Shown here piece after piece: positions 1 to 6,584 of a stretch of DNA of 64,000 bases. Numbering within the stretch: the stretch's first letter is position 1; each line of letters starts with the position of its first letter. The notes under the pieces are model-generated. The model ran no database searches and had not been told where the DNA came from. It saw only the letters and a program-made list of their open reading frames with translations. Source of the DNA: a virus (Duplodnaviria; Caudoviricetes); the IMG/VR virus record IMGVR_UViG_3300021400_001698, positions 1-64,000 of that record. One strand, 5' to 3'. The position numbers were made by a program, and so were the translations under genes.

Positions 1-21
1 ACAACTATTATCCTTTTATTT

Positions 22-107
22 CGGAGAGTAGTCCCGTAAGGAGCGGGGTCGGACTGTAAATCCGATGTCTTAGACCCGAGTGGGTTCGATACCCTCTTCT
101 CCGACCA
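22..107 (+). tRNA. trnY: tRNA-Tyr(GTA)
   Basis: Cloverleaf with CGGAGAG/TTCTCCG acceptor, anticodon loop CTGTAAA, long variable arm, TTCGATA T-loop and encoded CCA. Confidence 0.93.
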
Positions 108-138
108 GATTGAATTAAAAATAATAAAGGAGTTTTTA

Positions 139-282
139 ATGGATAAGCCTGATAGTGTTAAAATTTTAGCAGAAATTATTGCATTAACATATGCCATGGG
201 AGCCGAAGAAGATGGTTCTAATCCATATTTTGAGATGTTAGATGATAATACTAAGGAAGTATTAAAAAATTTTTTTGAATAA
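139..282 (+). CDS. small hypothetical protein (47 aa, MDKPDSVKIL...)
   Basis: AAGGAG RBS before ATG; open frame to TAA between two tRNAs. Confidence 0.6.
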   Translation: MDKPDSVKILAEIIALTYAMGAEEDGSNPYFEMLDDNTKEVLKNFFE

Positions 283-310
283 GTGAAGGAGATAGATGCC
301 CTTCCAATAT

Positions 311-387
311 CGGAATATAGCGCAGTTTGGTAGCGCGCCCCGCTTGGGACGGGAAGGCCGCAGGTTCAAATCCTGCTATTCCGACCA
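311..387 (+). tRNA. trnP: tRNA-Pro(TGG)
   Basis: CGGAATA/TATTCCG acceptor, loop CTTGGGA, TTCAAAT T-loop, CCA. Confidence 0.95.
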
Positions 388-480
388 TTAAAAACGTATA
401 TGTGCGGCCGCTTGCTATGTCGTGTACATTGACTTCGCTAGTGCGCAGACATTAGCGACCGCGCGCACCTGTACGTTTAA
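388..480 (+). ncRNA. putative long imperfect hairpin RNA/DNA element
   Basis: Nested complementarity AAACGTATA/TGTACGTTT, GTGCG/CGCAC, ATGTC/GACAT; GC-rich non-coding spacer. Confidence 0.4.
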
Positions 481-498
481 CTTAAAAGGAGACTTCTA

Positions 499-651
499 AT
501 GACAACAGTTGAACTTCGTAAAATTGAAAACCGTTCATACTTTCAAGTCAATCCAAACTTATATACGGAAGAAGAACTTAATTTAATTGACTTAGTTTTA
601 CAAGTTGCAAAAAATTTGGAAGAACTTCAATTTATACTTATGATTCATTAG
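499..651 (+). CDS. small hypothetical protein (50 aa); stop codon lies inside tRNA-Lys
   Basis: AAGGAG RBS, ATG at 499, TAG at 649-651. Confidence 0.55.
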   Translation: MTTVELRKIENRSYFQVNPNLYTEEELNLIDLVLQVAKNLEELQFILMIH

Positions 652-717
652 CTCAGGCGGTAGAGCACTTGACTTTTAATCAAGGTGTCCCGAGTTCGAC
701 CCTCGGATGGATCACCA
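642..717 (+). tRNA. trnK: tRNA-Lys(TTT)
   Basis: GATTCAT/ATGGATC acceptor, loop CTTTTAA, TTCGACC T-loop, CCA. Confidence 0.95.
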
Positions 718-769
718 TTCGAGATTTGGCGGCCCGCGTGTTCATCGTAATAAGAAATTAGGGCGTTAC

Positions 770-844
770 ACACCTATAGTCTAATGGAAAGAACGGATGG
801 CTACGGACTATCAGATGTGGGTTCAATTCCTACTAGGTGTACCA
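770..844 (+). tRNA. trnR: tRNA-Arg(ACG)
   Basis: ACACCTA/TAGGTGT acceptor, loop CTACGGA, TTCAATT T-loop, CCA. Confidence 0.92.
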
Positions 845-939
845 CCAGACTTCCCACCACCTCGTACCAAAGTGTGGAATCCTAGGAAAGCGAGGGAACT
901 CCAGACAAGAATGTCTGCGCAAGTAGGTTGTGCTACTTA

Positions 940-1016
940 GACTTATGCCTACGGGCGCCGCGAGATTGGCTCGCCAGGGTAGGGTTCGAATCCCTAGGGG
1001 TCCATAGGCATAAGTC
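940..1016 (+). ncRNA. tRNA-like RNA: acceptor + T-arm + one short hairpin, on a 12-bp perfect stem extension
   Basis: GACTTATGCCTA(940-951)/TAGGCATAAGTC(1005-1016); T-arm TAGGG-TTCGAAT-CCCTA (980-996); hairpin GCGAG-ATTGG-CTCGC. Confidence 0.6.
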
Positions 1017-1031
1017 AACTTTTAATAGTAA

Positions 1032-1106
1032 GTATCGGTAGCCAAGAAGTTAAGGCAAGTGGTTGCAACCCACTGACCGTTGGTGCGAATCCGACCCGAT
1101 ACTCCA
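1032..1106 (+). tRNA. trnC: tRNA-Cys(GCA)
   Basis: GTATCGG/CCGATAC acceptor, U73, loop TTGCAAC, variant T-loop TGCGAAT, CCA. Confidence 0.9.
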
Positions 1107-1110
1107 ATAT

Positions 1111-1186
1111 ACGCCTTGTCCTCGACGGTTTTGAGGGATGGCCTTATAAGCCATTACATAAAGTTCAACTCTTTAGGGGCGTACCA
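1111..1186 (+). tRNA. trnI: tRNA-Ile(TAT)
   Basis: Anticodon arm ATGGC-CTTATAA-GCCAT, T-arm TAAAG-TTCAACT-CTTTA, A73 and CCA. Confidence 0.8.
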
Positions 1187-1189
1187 TAT

Positions 1190-1266
1190 GGAACGATAGC
1201 TTAAGCAGTCTGAGCGCGGGTCTGAAGAACCCGAGGATGAGGGTGCGACACCTTCTCGTTCCACCA
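1190..1266 (+). tRNA. trnF: tRNA-Phe(GAA)
   Basis: GGAACGA/TCGTTCC acceptor, CGGGT-CTGAAGA-ACCCG, variant T-loop TGCGACA, CCA. Confidence 0.9.
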
Positions 1267-1270
1267 TTAA

Positions 1271-1361
1271 GTGGGCAAGGGTTGTCCCGCAAGTAAGATA
1301 TAAGTTCGATTCTTATCACCGTAGAGGTTCGACTCCTCTATATGTTGGCACTAAAACTTGC
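1271..1361 (+). ncRNA. double-T-arm RNA (two tandem TpsiC hairpins in a closing stem)
   Basis: ATAAG-TTCGATT-CTTAT (1300-1316) and TAGAGG-TTCGACT-CCTCTA (1322-1340) enclosed by GCAAGT(1289)/ACTTGC(1356). Confidence 0.55.
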
Positions 1362-1366
1362 TATAT

Positions 1367-1451
1367 GCGCTTGTGGCGGAATAGGCAGACGCAAGGGACT
1401 TAAAATCCCTCGGCTTCGGTCGTGCTGGTTCGACTCCAGTCAGGCGCACCA
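1367..1451 (+). tRNA. trnL: tRNA-Leu(TAA)
   Basis: GCGCTTG/CAGGCGC acceptor, loop CTTAAAA, variable arm, TTCGACT T-loop, CCA. Confidence 0.95.
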
Positions 1452-1456
1452 AAGAA

Positions 1457-1558
1457 TCTACGGTGGCGGAATAGGTAGACGCTTTAAGCGTAAGGTCAAG
1501 GCGTGGGCATCGCTTGAACAGCACTTGACTATGTGGGGTGCAAATCTTCACCCGTAGA
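1457..1558 (+). tRNA. aberrant tRNA-Leu-like gene with expanded anticodon arm and no CCA
   Basis: Leu-type D arm TGGCGGAATAGGTAGACGC, acceptor TCTACGG/CCGTAGA, T-loop TGCAAAT, 8-bp stem TTTAAGCG/CGCTTGAA with a 20-nt loop. Confidence 0.6.
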
Positions 1559-1565
1559 TTTATAT

Positions 1566-1640
1566 GCACCTATAGTTTAATTAGTAAAACACGAGCCTTG
1601 TAATCTTGAGACGTCCGAGCATAACGGACTGGGTGCTCCA
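1566..1640 (+). tRNA. trnT: tRNA-Thr(TGT), atypical T-loop
   Basis: GCACCTA/TGGGTGC acceptor, loop CTTGTAA, T-arm GTCCG-AGCATAA-CGGAC, CCA. Confidence 0.72.
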
Positions 1641-1836
1641 ATTGCTATAATTATATCGTAAAGTTGAGAGAGAAAACTCATAAAAACTCGGTCTTCGGGA
1701 GTAGTAAGAAGCGTGTGTCGGGTATAGGAACCCCGCGGGTGAACACACGACATGGAGCCTATTAACTTAGTTCACCATATAAGGTCAAAGAGGAATAAAT
1801 ATGAGCGGCCGCGCGTATATGTATGGCCGTAAATCT

Positions 1837-1929
1837 AGTGGGTTACTCAAGTTTGGCTTAAGAGGTTGCTCTGCTAAAGCAATAGGGCGCGCAGTCGTCG
1901 CAGGAGTTCGAATCTCCTACCCACTGCCA
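1837..1929 (+). tRNA. trnS: tRNA-Ser(GCT)
   Basis: AGTGGGT/ACCCACT acceptor, loop CTGCTAA, long variable arm, G73, CCA. Confidence 0.93.
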
Positions 1930-1932
1930 TAC

Positions 1933-2020
1933 CGAGGCGTACCGAAACGGTTATAACGGCGCTGACTTGAAATCAGTTGTGGCGAAAGCCCTGTGGGTTC
2001 GAATCCTACCGCCTCGGCCA
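1933..2020 (+). tRNA. trnS: tRNA-Ser(TGA)
   Basis: CGAGGCG/CGCCTCG acceptor, loop CTTGAAA, long variable arm, G73, CCA. Confidence 0.95.
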
Positions 2021-2130
2021 GAGAGTTGAGAGTGCTACTATATTAGTATTACGTACTACGGTATATGTGGCAGAAATGGCTTCATGATGATTCTCAATAT
2101 AGCCACTCTCACCATATCGGTATAGTATAA

Positions 2131-2238
2131 TTGAAAGTACAACTCGACTCCAAATCGAGAAGGCGTTTGTTTGATTCGAACTACCGGTGCCATTAGTTTA
2201 ACGTCGTACTTATATGTACGACGTTTCTTGTCTTTCAA
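2131..2238 (+). ncRNA. putative multibranched structured RNA
   Basis: Closing stem TTGAAAG/CTTTCAA; internal CTCGA/TCGAG hairpin and 10-bp AACGTCGTAC-TTATAT-GTACGACGTT hairpin. Confidence 0.4.
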
Positions 2239-2294
2239 AATCAATTTAAGTCGGAGGATTTGCCTATGAATAAATAATAAAGGAGGTATATAAA

Positions 2295-2360
2295 ATGGAA
2301 GTAAAAAATGCTGGTGGAACACATGGACCAGTTGTATGTCCATATCCACATCAAAAATAA
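2295..2360 (+). CDS. 21-aa peptide MEVKNAGGTHGPVVCPYPHQK
   Basis: Strong AAGGAGG RBS correctly spaced; very short, so uncertain. Confidence 0.4.
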   Translation: MEVKNAGGTHGPVVCPYPHQK

Positions 2361-2464
2361 ATTGACTTAAAAAAGTAGAGTCGAGCTTATAAACTGTAAC
2401 TTAAATTTAGAAATGAATACAAGTTCGCGTTTATGCGCCGACTTTTTACATATATTTTATCTCT

Positions 2465-2494
2465 GGGAGGTTTGGTTGCGAACTTCCCTTTTTT
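2465..2494 (+). terminator. intrinsic terminator closing the tRNA region
   Basis: GGGAGGTT...AACTTCCC stem followed by T-tract. Confidence 0.75.
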
Positions 2495-2513
2495 ATTAGG
2501 AGAGGAAAAGGAT

Positions 2514-4253
2514 ATGGCGATTAGTGAAAATTTATTAACTAATGAAGGACTAGAGCGATTATATTCTATGGGGCGTCCTTGGTTTAATAACTTAAGCTTA
2601 CAATTAGTACAGTCCGAAGGAACTAGTACTTTAATAGATGCTGTCATTCATAAAATTGAAAAATTACATGATCTTATGTCTAAAAATCAAATATTAGTTT
2701 TTAAGCGTCTTGGGGTTTCTAGTGAAGAAGAACTACAAAAACGTGTAAATGATTTTTACAATAGTAGTGATTATACCCAATTTTCTGGACCCGCTTTACA
2801 AAAAATTTTAGATGGGTATACTTTTGGTACAGATAAAGAATTAACTAGATTCAATAATTTATTAGTACATTATTATAATACTCAAGTACCACAATATATC
2901 AAAGATAATATTAAGAATAATGTAAATGGTTTAAAAGATAAATATATAGCTTTAGCTTTTAATTACATTAATCGTGCTTTAAGTTTTGGTAGTGCAAATA
3001 TTACGAGTAAAACAGTTACTAAAAGCAGAAAATTTGCAGTAATAGACGAAAACGCAATTATAAAGGCTACCGCTCAGTCGTTAACTTCATTACAAAGGGA
3101 CCGTTTAACAAAAAGAGTTGAAGAATTATCAGAAAAAGAACAAATTTTAATTTCTGACGTGGAGCTAGAAATTGATGATAATTTAATACAATTAGGATAT
3201 AAATGGGCTAGAACTACTCATGGTTTAAAAGGTGCTGATGTTAAAATGAGCATAGAAACTATAAAAGAAAAAAATATAGAAATTATAAATATGTTATTTA
3301 CATATATTACAGTTCCTAATGCAGAAGCTTTTAAACAAATTTTAATTAATAAAATTAATAATAACCCTAATAATTTAAAAGCCTTTTTTGTTGGCAAGGC
3401 TACAACTCAAATTACTGGATTACTAGGAGAAATTGCCGCTTATAATGCTATTATTCATTTGTTAGGTGATAGTTATACTAACGAAGCATTAGATTGGGTA
3501 GCAAATCATAAAGTAGATAAAAAGTCTTTAAGTATTGATATAGTTCTTAAAGATATAGCTGGTTTTCCAGTAGGTATACAAGTTAAAAATACTACCCATT
3601 TACGTGAAGAGATAGAAAATAATCCAATTAGTTTTGCTAAAGGAGAAGCAGATATTATTTTTCAAAGATTAGGTATACAGCAAGATCCAAACAATACTTT
3701 AACCTCACTTATTGCTAGTAATACTTTTAATGTTCCTTTTGCAATGGTGGGCAATAAATTTAAACAAGTTTCTTCTGATAAAAAATTTAGTAATGACCCA
3801 GGTGAAAGAGAAGAATTTCAAAACTTTTTAGATATACATAGTCTTATAGAACAATTGACGCAAGAAATATTTGATTTTTTAAAAGCTTATGCTCCTGATT
3901 TTTTATACGCTGGAGATAATAATTTTAGAAGCGCTTTAGCCACTCTTGAAACTAATATAGATAATTCTTTAAGTGAATTTAATGGCAATTATATATATAT
4001 AGTAGGGGGTCAAGTGTTTTTAATTACTAGCTTACTACAAAGATTATATAATAATTTATTATTACTAAAAAATATACAAGATTTAAATAAGCGACAAGAA
4101 TTAAAAATTAAAGAAACTTTTACTTTTCAATCTTACGTTCGAAATGGTTCTAAAGATAGTTCTGGAGTTACAATTGTTGATTATCGAAATGGCTCTACAA
4201 AAGAATTATCTAATTTAAGTTCTTTTTTAGTTTCTTCTTTTGCTTTTAACTAA
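2514..4253 (+). CDS. large protein with PD-(D/E)XK nuclease-like motif
   Basis: Start moved to ATG 2514 (GGAGAGG RBS); GLLGEIAA...SIDIVL...GIQVKN motif order. Confidence 0.55.
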   Translation: MAISENLLTNEGLERLYSMGRPWFNNLSLQLVQSEGTSTLIDAVIHKIEKLHDLMSKNQILVFKRLGVSSEEELQKRVNDFYNSSDYTQFSGPALQKILDGYTFGTDKELTRFNNLLVHYYNTQVPQYIKDNIKNNVNGLKDKYIALAFNYINRALSFGSANITSKTVTKSRKFAVIDENAIIKATAQSLTSLQRDRLTKRVEELSEKEQILISDVELEIDDNLIQLGYKWARTTHGLKGADVKMSIETIKEKNIEIINMLFTYITVPNAEAFKQILINKINNNPNNLKAFFVGKATTQITGLLGEIAAYNAIIHLLGDSYTNEALDWVANHKVDKKSLSIDIVLKDIAGFPVGIQVKNTTHLREEIENNPISFAKGEADIIFQRLGIQQDPNNTLTSLIASNTFNVPFAMVGNKFKQVSSDKKFSNDPGEREEFQNFLDIHSLIEQLTQEIFDFLKAYAPDFLYAGDNNFRSALATLETNIDNSLSEFNGNYIYIVGGQVFLITSLLQRLYNNLLLLKNIQDLNKRQELKIKETFTFQSYVRNGSKDSSGVTIVDYRNGSTKELSNLSSFLVSSFAFN

Positions 4254-4256
4254 AAT

Positions 4257-4286
4257 AAAAGAGTAGACATAAGTCTACTCTTTTTT
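4257..4286. terminator. bidirectional intrinsic terminator
   Basis: AAAAGAGTAGAC-ATAA-GTCTACTCTTTT. Confidence 0.85.
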
Positions 4287-4289
4287 AAT

Positions 4290-4318
4290 TTGACAAATTT
4301 TCAAATTTTTGATATAAT
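4290..4318 (+). promoter_or_regulatory. sigmaA consensus promoter
   Basis: TTGACA-17-TATAAT. Confidence 0.9.
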
Positions 4319-4352
4319 AATATTAGAAAAGATAAGAAAGGAGAAAATTCAA

Positions 4353-4895
4353 ATGTCGCAGTATACACAGTTTTTCATAAAAACAAATTCAAATATATTC
4401 TATCCAATCGGTACGTTCTCACGCAATGATGCTCGCGCGGCCGCCATCAACGATATACTTCCCTACGAATCAATTCGTCCTCTTACGAAATCAGATTGTG
4501 TTGAAGTAATTAATAATCTTGAATCTCAAATTAAGTCATACGAAGAAAGTAAGACAGGTTATAGAGAAAAAATTGAATGGCTTAAAACTGCAACGGGCGA
4601 CCTTAATGAAAGACTTGAACGTATAACTGATTATTTTGGTTATATTGAAGAGATTGATGAAGAGTTACCCGACCTCTATGATGCAATTGGTTTTTATAAA
4701 GGCATTATGGAAATAATTGATGAGGCTGAGATGGATGAGAAATATGGAGAAGGTATAGAGCATGGATTTAATCTCAAAGGGGATTCCTACGTCTATGCGG
4801 GTATAGAGGTTGGCAATCCTAATGTAACCTATGATAAAGATGGTTGGGATAAAGTACTTGAAAATAAAGCGACTGGTTATAAGAGGAAAGAATAA
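4353..4895 (+). CDS. hypothetical protein (coiled-coil, acidic)
   Basis: Start at ATG 4353 after AAGGAG; ORF track frame. Confidence 0.75.
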   Translation: MSQYTQFFIKTNSNIFYPIGTFSRNDARAAAINDILPYESIRPLTKSDCVEVINNLESQIKSYEESKTGYREKIEWLKTATGDLNERLERITDYFGYIEEIDEELPDLYDAIGFYKGIMEIIDEAEMDEKYGEGIEHGFNLKGDSYVYAGIEVGNPNVTYDKDGWDKVLENKATGYKRKE

Positions 4896-5083
4896 TGTCG
4901 ATATATGATACATTAAACAGATTAAAAGAACAGTGGGAGCGCGTACCGGAGTGGCGCCTTATGCAGTTAATTGTAAATTTTCAATCATATATTAGAAGTG
5001 ATGGCTTCTATATTTCAAATGAAGATTTAATTGAACGATTAGAAATTTATCTTAACGATATATTAAATGTAGAAGAAGAGTAA
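4895..5083 (+). CDS. small protein, DUF1040/YihD-like
   Basis: W-x3-P-E-W-R-L-M-Q-L motif resembles this family; translational coupling. Confidence 0.55.
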   Translation: MSIYDTLNRLKEQWERVPEWRLMQLIVNFQSYIRSDGFYISNEDLIERLEIYLNDILNVEEE

Positions 5084-5116
5084 AATGGAGAATCCTATAG
5101 AATAGGGGTAATTTAA

Positions 5117-5584
5117 ATGACTGATTTTGTTCTTTTATGCGCGGTTCCGGGCGCAGGCAAAACATATTTTGGAAAAGTAGCAGAGGAGTCTGGCGAGTAT
5201 AAGCTCGTTTCCTCAGATGACATACGTGAAGCTCTGTGGGGAGACGCAAGCATTCAGAAGAATCCAAAAAGAGTCTTTTCCGAAATGGAGGCCCGCACTA
5301 TTGCGAACTTACAGAAAGGTTATAGCGTAATTTATGACGCAACTAATATAAAAAGAAAGGATAGGCTTTCAATTTTAAACAAGGTAAAAGAGTTATGTCC
5401 ATCTGTAGGAACCTATTGCTTAAGATTTGATGTACCCCTTGATGAATGTATAAGGCGGGCGGCCGCACGTGAACGGAAGGTTTCTGCGGATGTCATATAT
5501 CGTATGGCAGAAAGGTTTGAAGAGCCTGAGTATGATGAAGGCTGGGATTATATATGTACAGTAAGACCAATTAAGGAGGAATAG
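5117..5584 (+). CDS. polynucleotide kinase-like P-loop kinase (AAA_33/PNK kinase domain)
   Basis: Walker A GAGKT, SSDDIRE, YDATN, and RxxxR lid motifs. Confidence 0.85.
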   Translation: MTDFVLLCAVPGAGKTYFGKVAEESGEYKLVSSDDIREALWGDASIQKNPKRVFSEMEARTIANLQKGYSVIYDATNIKRKDRLSILNKVKELCPSVGTYCLRFDVPLDECIRRAAARERKVSADVIYRMAERFEEPEYDEGWDYICTVRPIKEE

Positions 5585-5587
5585 TTT

Positions 5588-5914
5588 ATGAGACTTACTA
5601 AAGAAGAGTTTATAACTTATGTAAATAAATATAGAGATATGTCAAAAGAAGAAGAGAAAATTACTAAAATATTAGACGTAGATCCCGAATGGAAACCAGG
5701 TCAATGGGTTGACTCATATTATGATTTTTTAAACGATATGTGTGAGTTAAAAGAAAAATCTATATATGGAACAATACTTGACTGGTGGGTTTTTGAAACT
5801 AAATTTGGGACTAGAAAAGATAAGAATTTAATTGTAATAGATAATAAAGAGATAAGAATTACTAATACTGAAGAGTTATATGATTATATAATGAAAAATG
5901 AGGTAGAAAGATAG
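5588..5914 (+). CDS. hypothetical protein
   Basis: ORF with GGAGG RBS in operon. Confidence 0.75.
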   Translation: MRLTKEEFITYVNKYRDMSKEEEKITKILDVDPEWKPGQWVDSYYDFLNDMCELKEKSIYGTILDWWVFETKFGTRKDKNLIVIDNKEIRITNTEELYDYIMKNEVER

Positions 5915-5915
5915 A

Positions 5916-6470
5916 ATGGGAGATATATATATTACAAGCGATTTACATTTTTGTCATTCACAACCATTCTTATATGAGCCGCGCGGTTTTGAGAATGTAA
6001 ACCAGATGAATGCTGCGATTGTACAGCGGTGGAATTCATTAGTTGAGCCTTGTGATGAGGTTTATGTATTAGGCGATTTAATGCTTAATAATACCGAAGA
6101 AGGACTTGAATATTTTAAGTTACTTAACGGGTTCAAACATATAATAATTGGAAATCATGACACCGATAGGCGCATTGAGTTATATAAAGAACTGCCGAAT
6201 ACAGTTGTTGAAGGGTTTGCAGCGCGTATTAAATATTATGGATATAATTTTTATTTAACGCACTATCCAACTCTTGTATCTAACTTTGATTGTGAGGAAC
6301 CACTTAAAAAACAACTGATAAATTTATGTGGTCACTCTCATACACAACATTGGGATGCGGATATTGATAAAGGTTTAATTTTTCATTGTGAGTTAGATAC
6401 TAATAATTGCTATCCGTGGCATATGGCTACGATAGTTTCTATGTTGAAAAATTACAAAGAATCTCATTAA
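5916..6470 (+). CDS. calcineurin-like metallophosphoesterase
   Basis: SDLH, LGD, GNHD, HYP, GHSH motifs. Confidence 0.9.
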   Translation: MGDIYITSDLHFCHSQPFLYEPRGFENVNQMNAAIVQRWNSLVEPCDEVYVLGDLMLNNTEEGLEYFKLLNGFKHIIIGNHDTDRRIELYKELPNTVVEGFAARIKYYGYNFYLTHYPTLVSNFDCEEPLKKQLINLCGHSHTQHWDADIDKGLIFHCELDTNNCYPWHMATIVSMLKNYKESH

Positions 6471-6490
6471 TTCACCTCCATACTTCTTAA

Positions 6491-6518
6491 AGAGCAGACG
6501 TATCCGTTTGCTCTTTTT
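6491..6518 (+). terminator. intrinsic terminator
   Basis: AGAGCAGAC...GTTTGCTCT plus T-tract. Confidence 0.75.
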
Positions 6519-6521
6519 AAT

Positions 6522-6550
6522 TTGACTTTTTTAAAAAATTTTGATATAAT
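6522..6550 (+). promoter_or_regulatory. sigmaA promoter
   Basis: TTGACT-17-TATAAT followed by ATATATAGAAA. Confidence 0.88.
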
Positions 6551-6584
6551 ATATATAGAAAATGAAGAAAGGAAAAAAAATCTG

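Noticed and set aside
848-900. HDV-like or hammerhead ribozyme
   Set aside because: ACCTCGT resembles an L3 loop but the flanking P3 pairing is absent; no CUGANGA/GAAA core
2021-2290. tmRNA or 6S RNA assignment
   Set aside because: No tmRNA GGGG...CCACCA termini or tag frame; 6S-like geometry is not convincing by eye, so it is kept as an unassigned structured RNA
833-2349. ORF-track entries at 833-1018, 1342-1557, 1351-1569, 2056-2349
   Set aside because: They overlap tRNAs or structured RNA and lack an RBS
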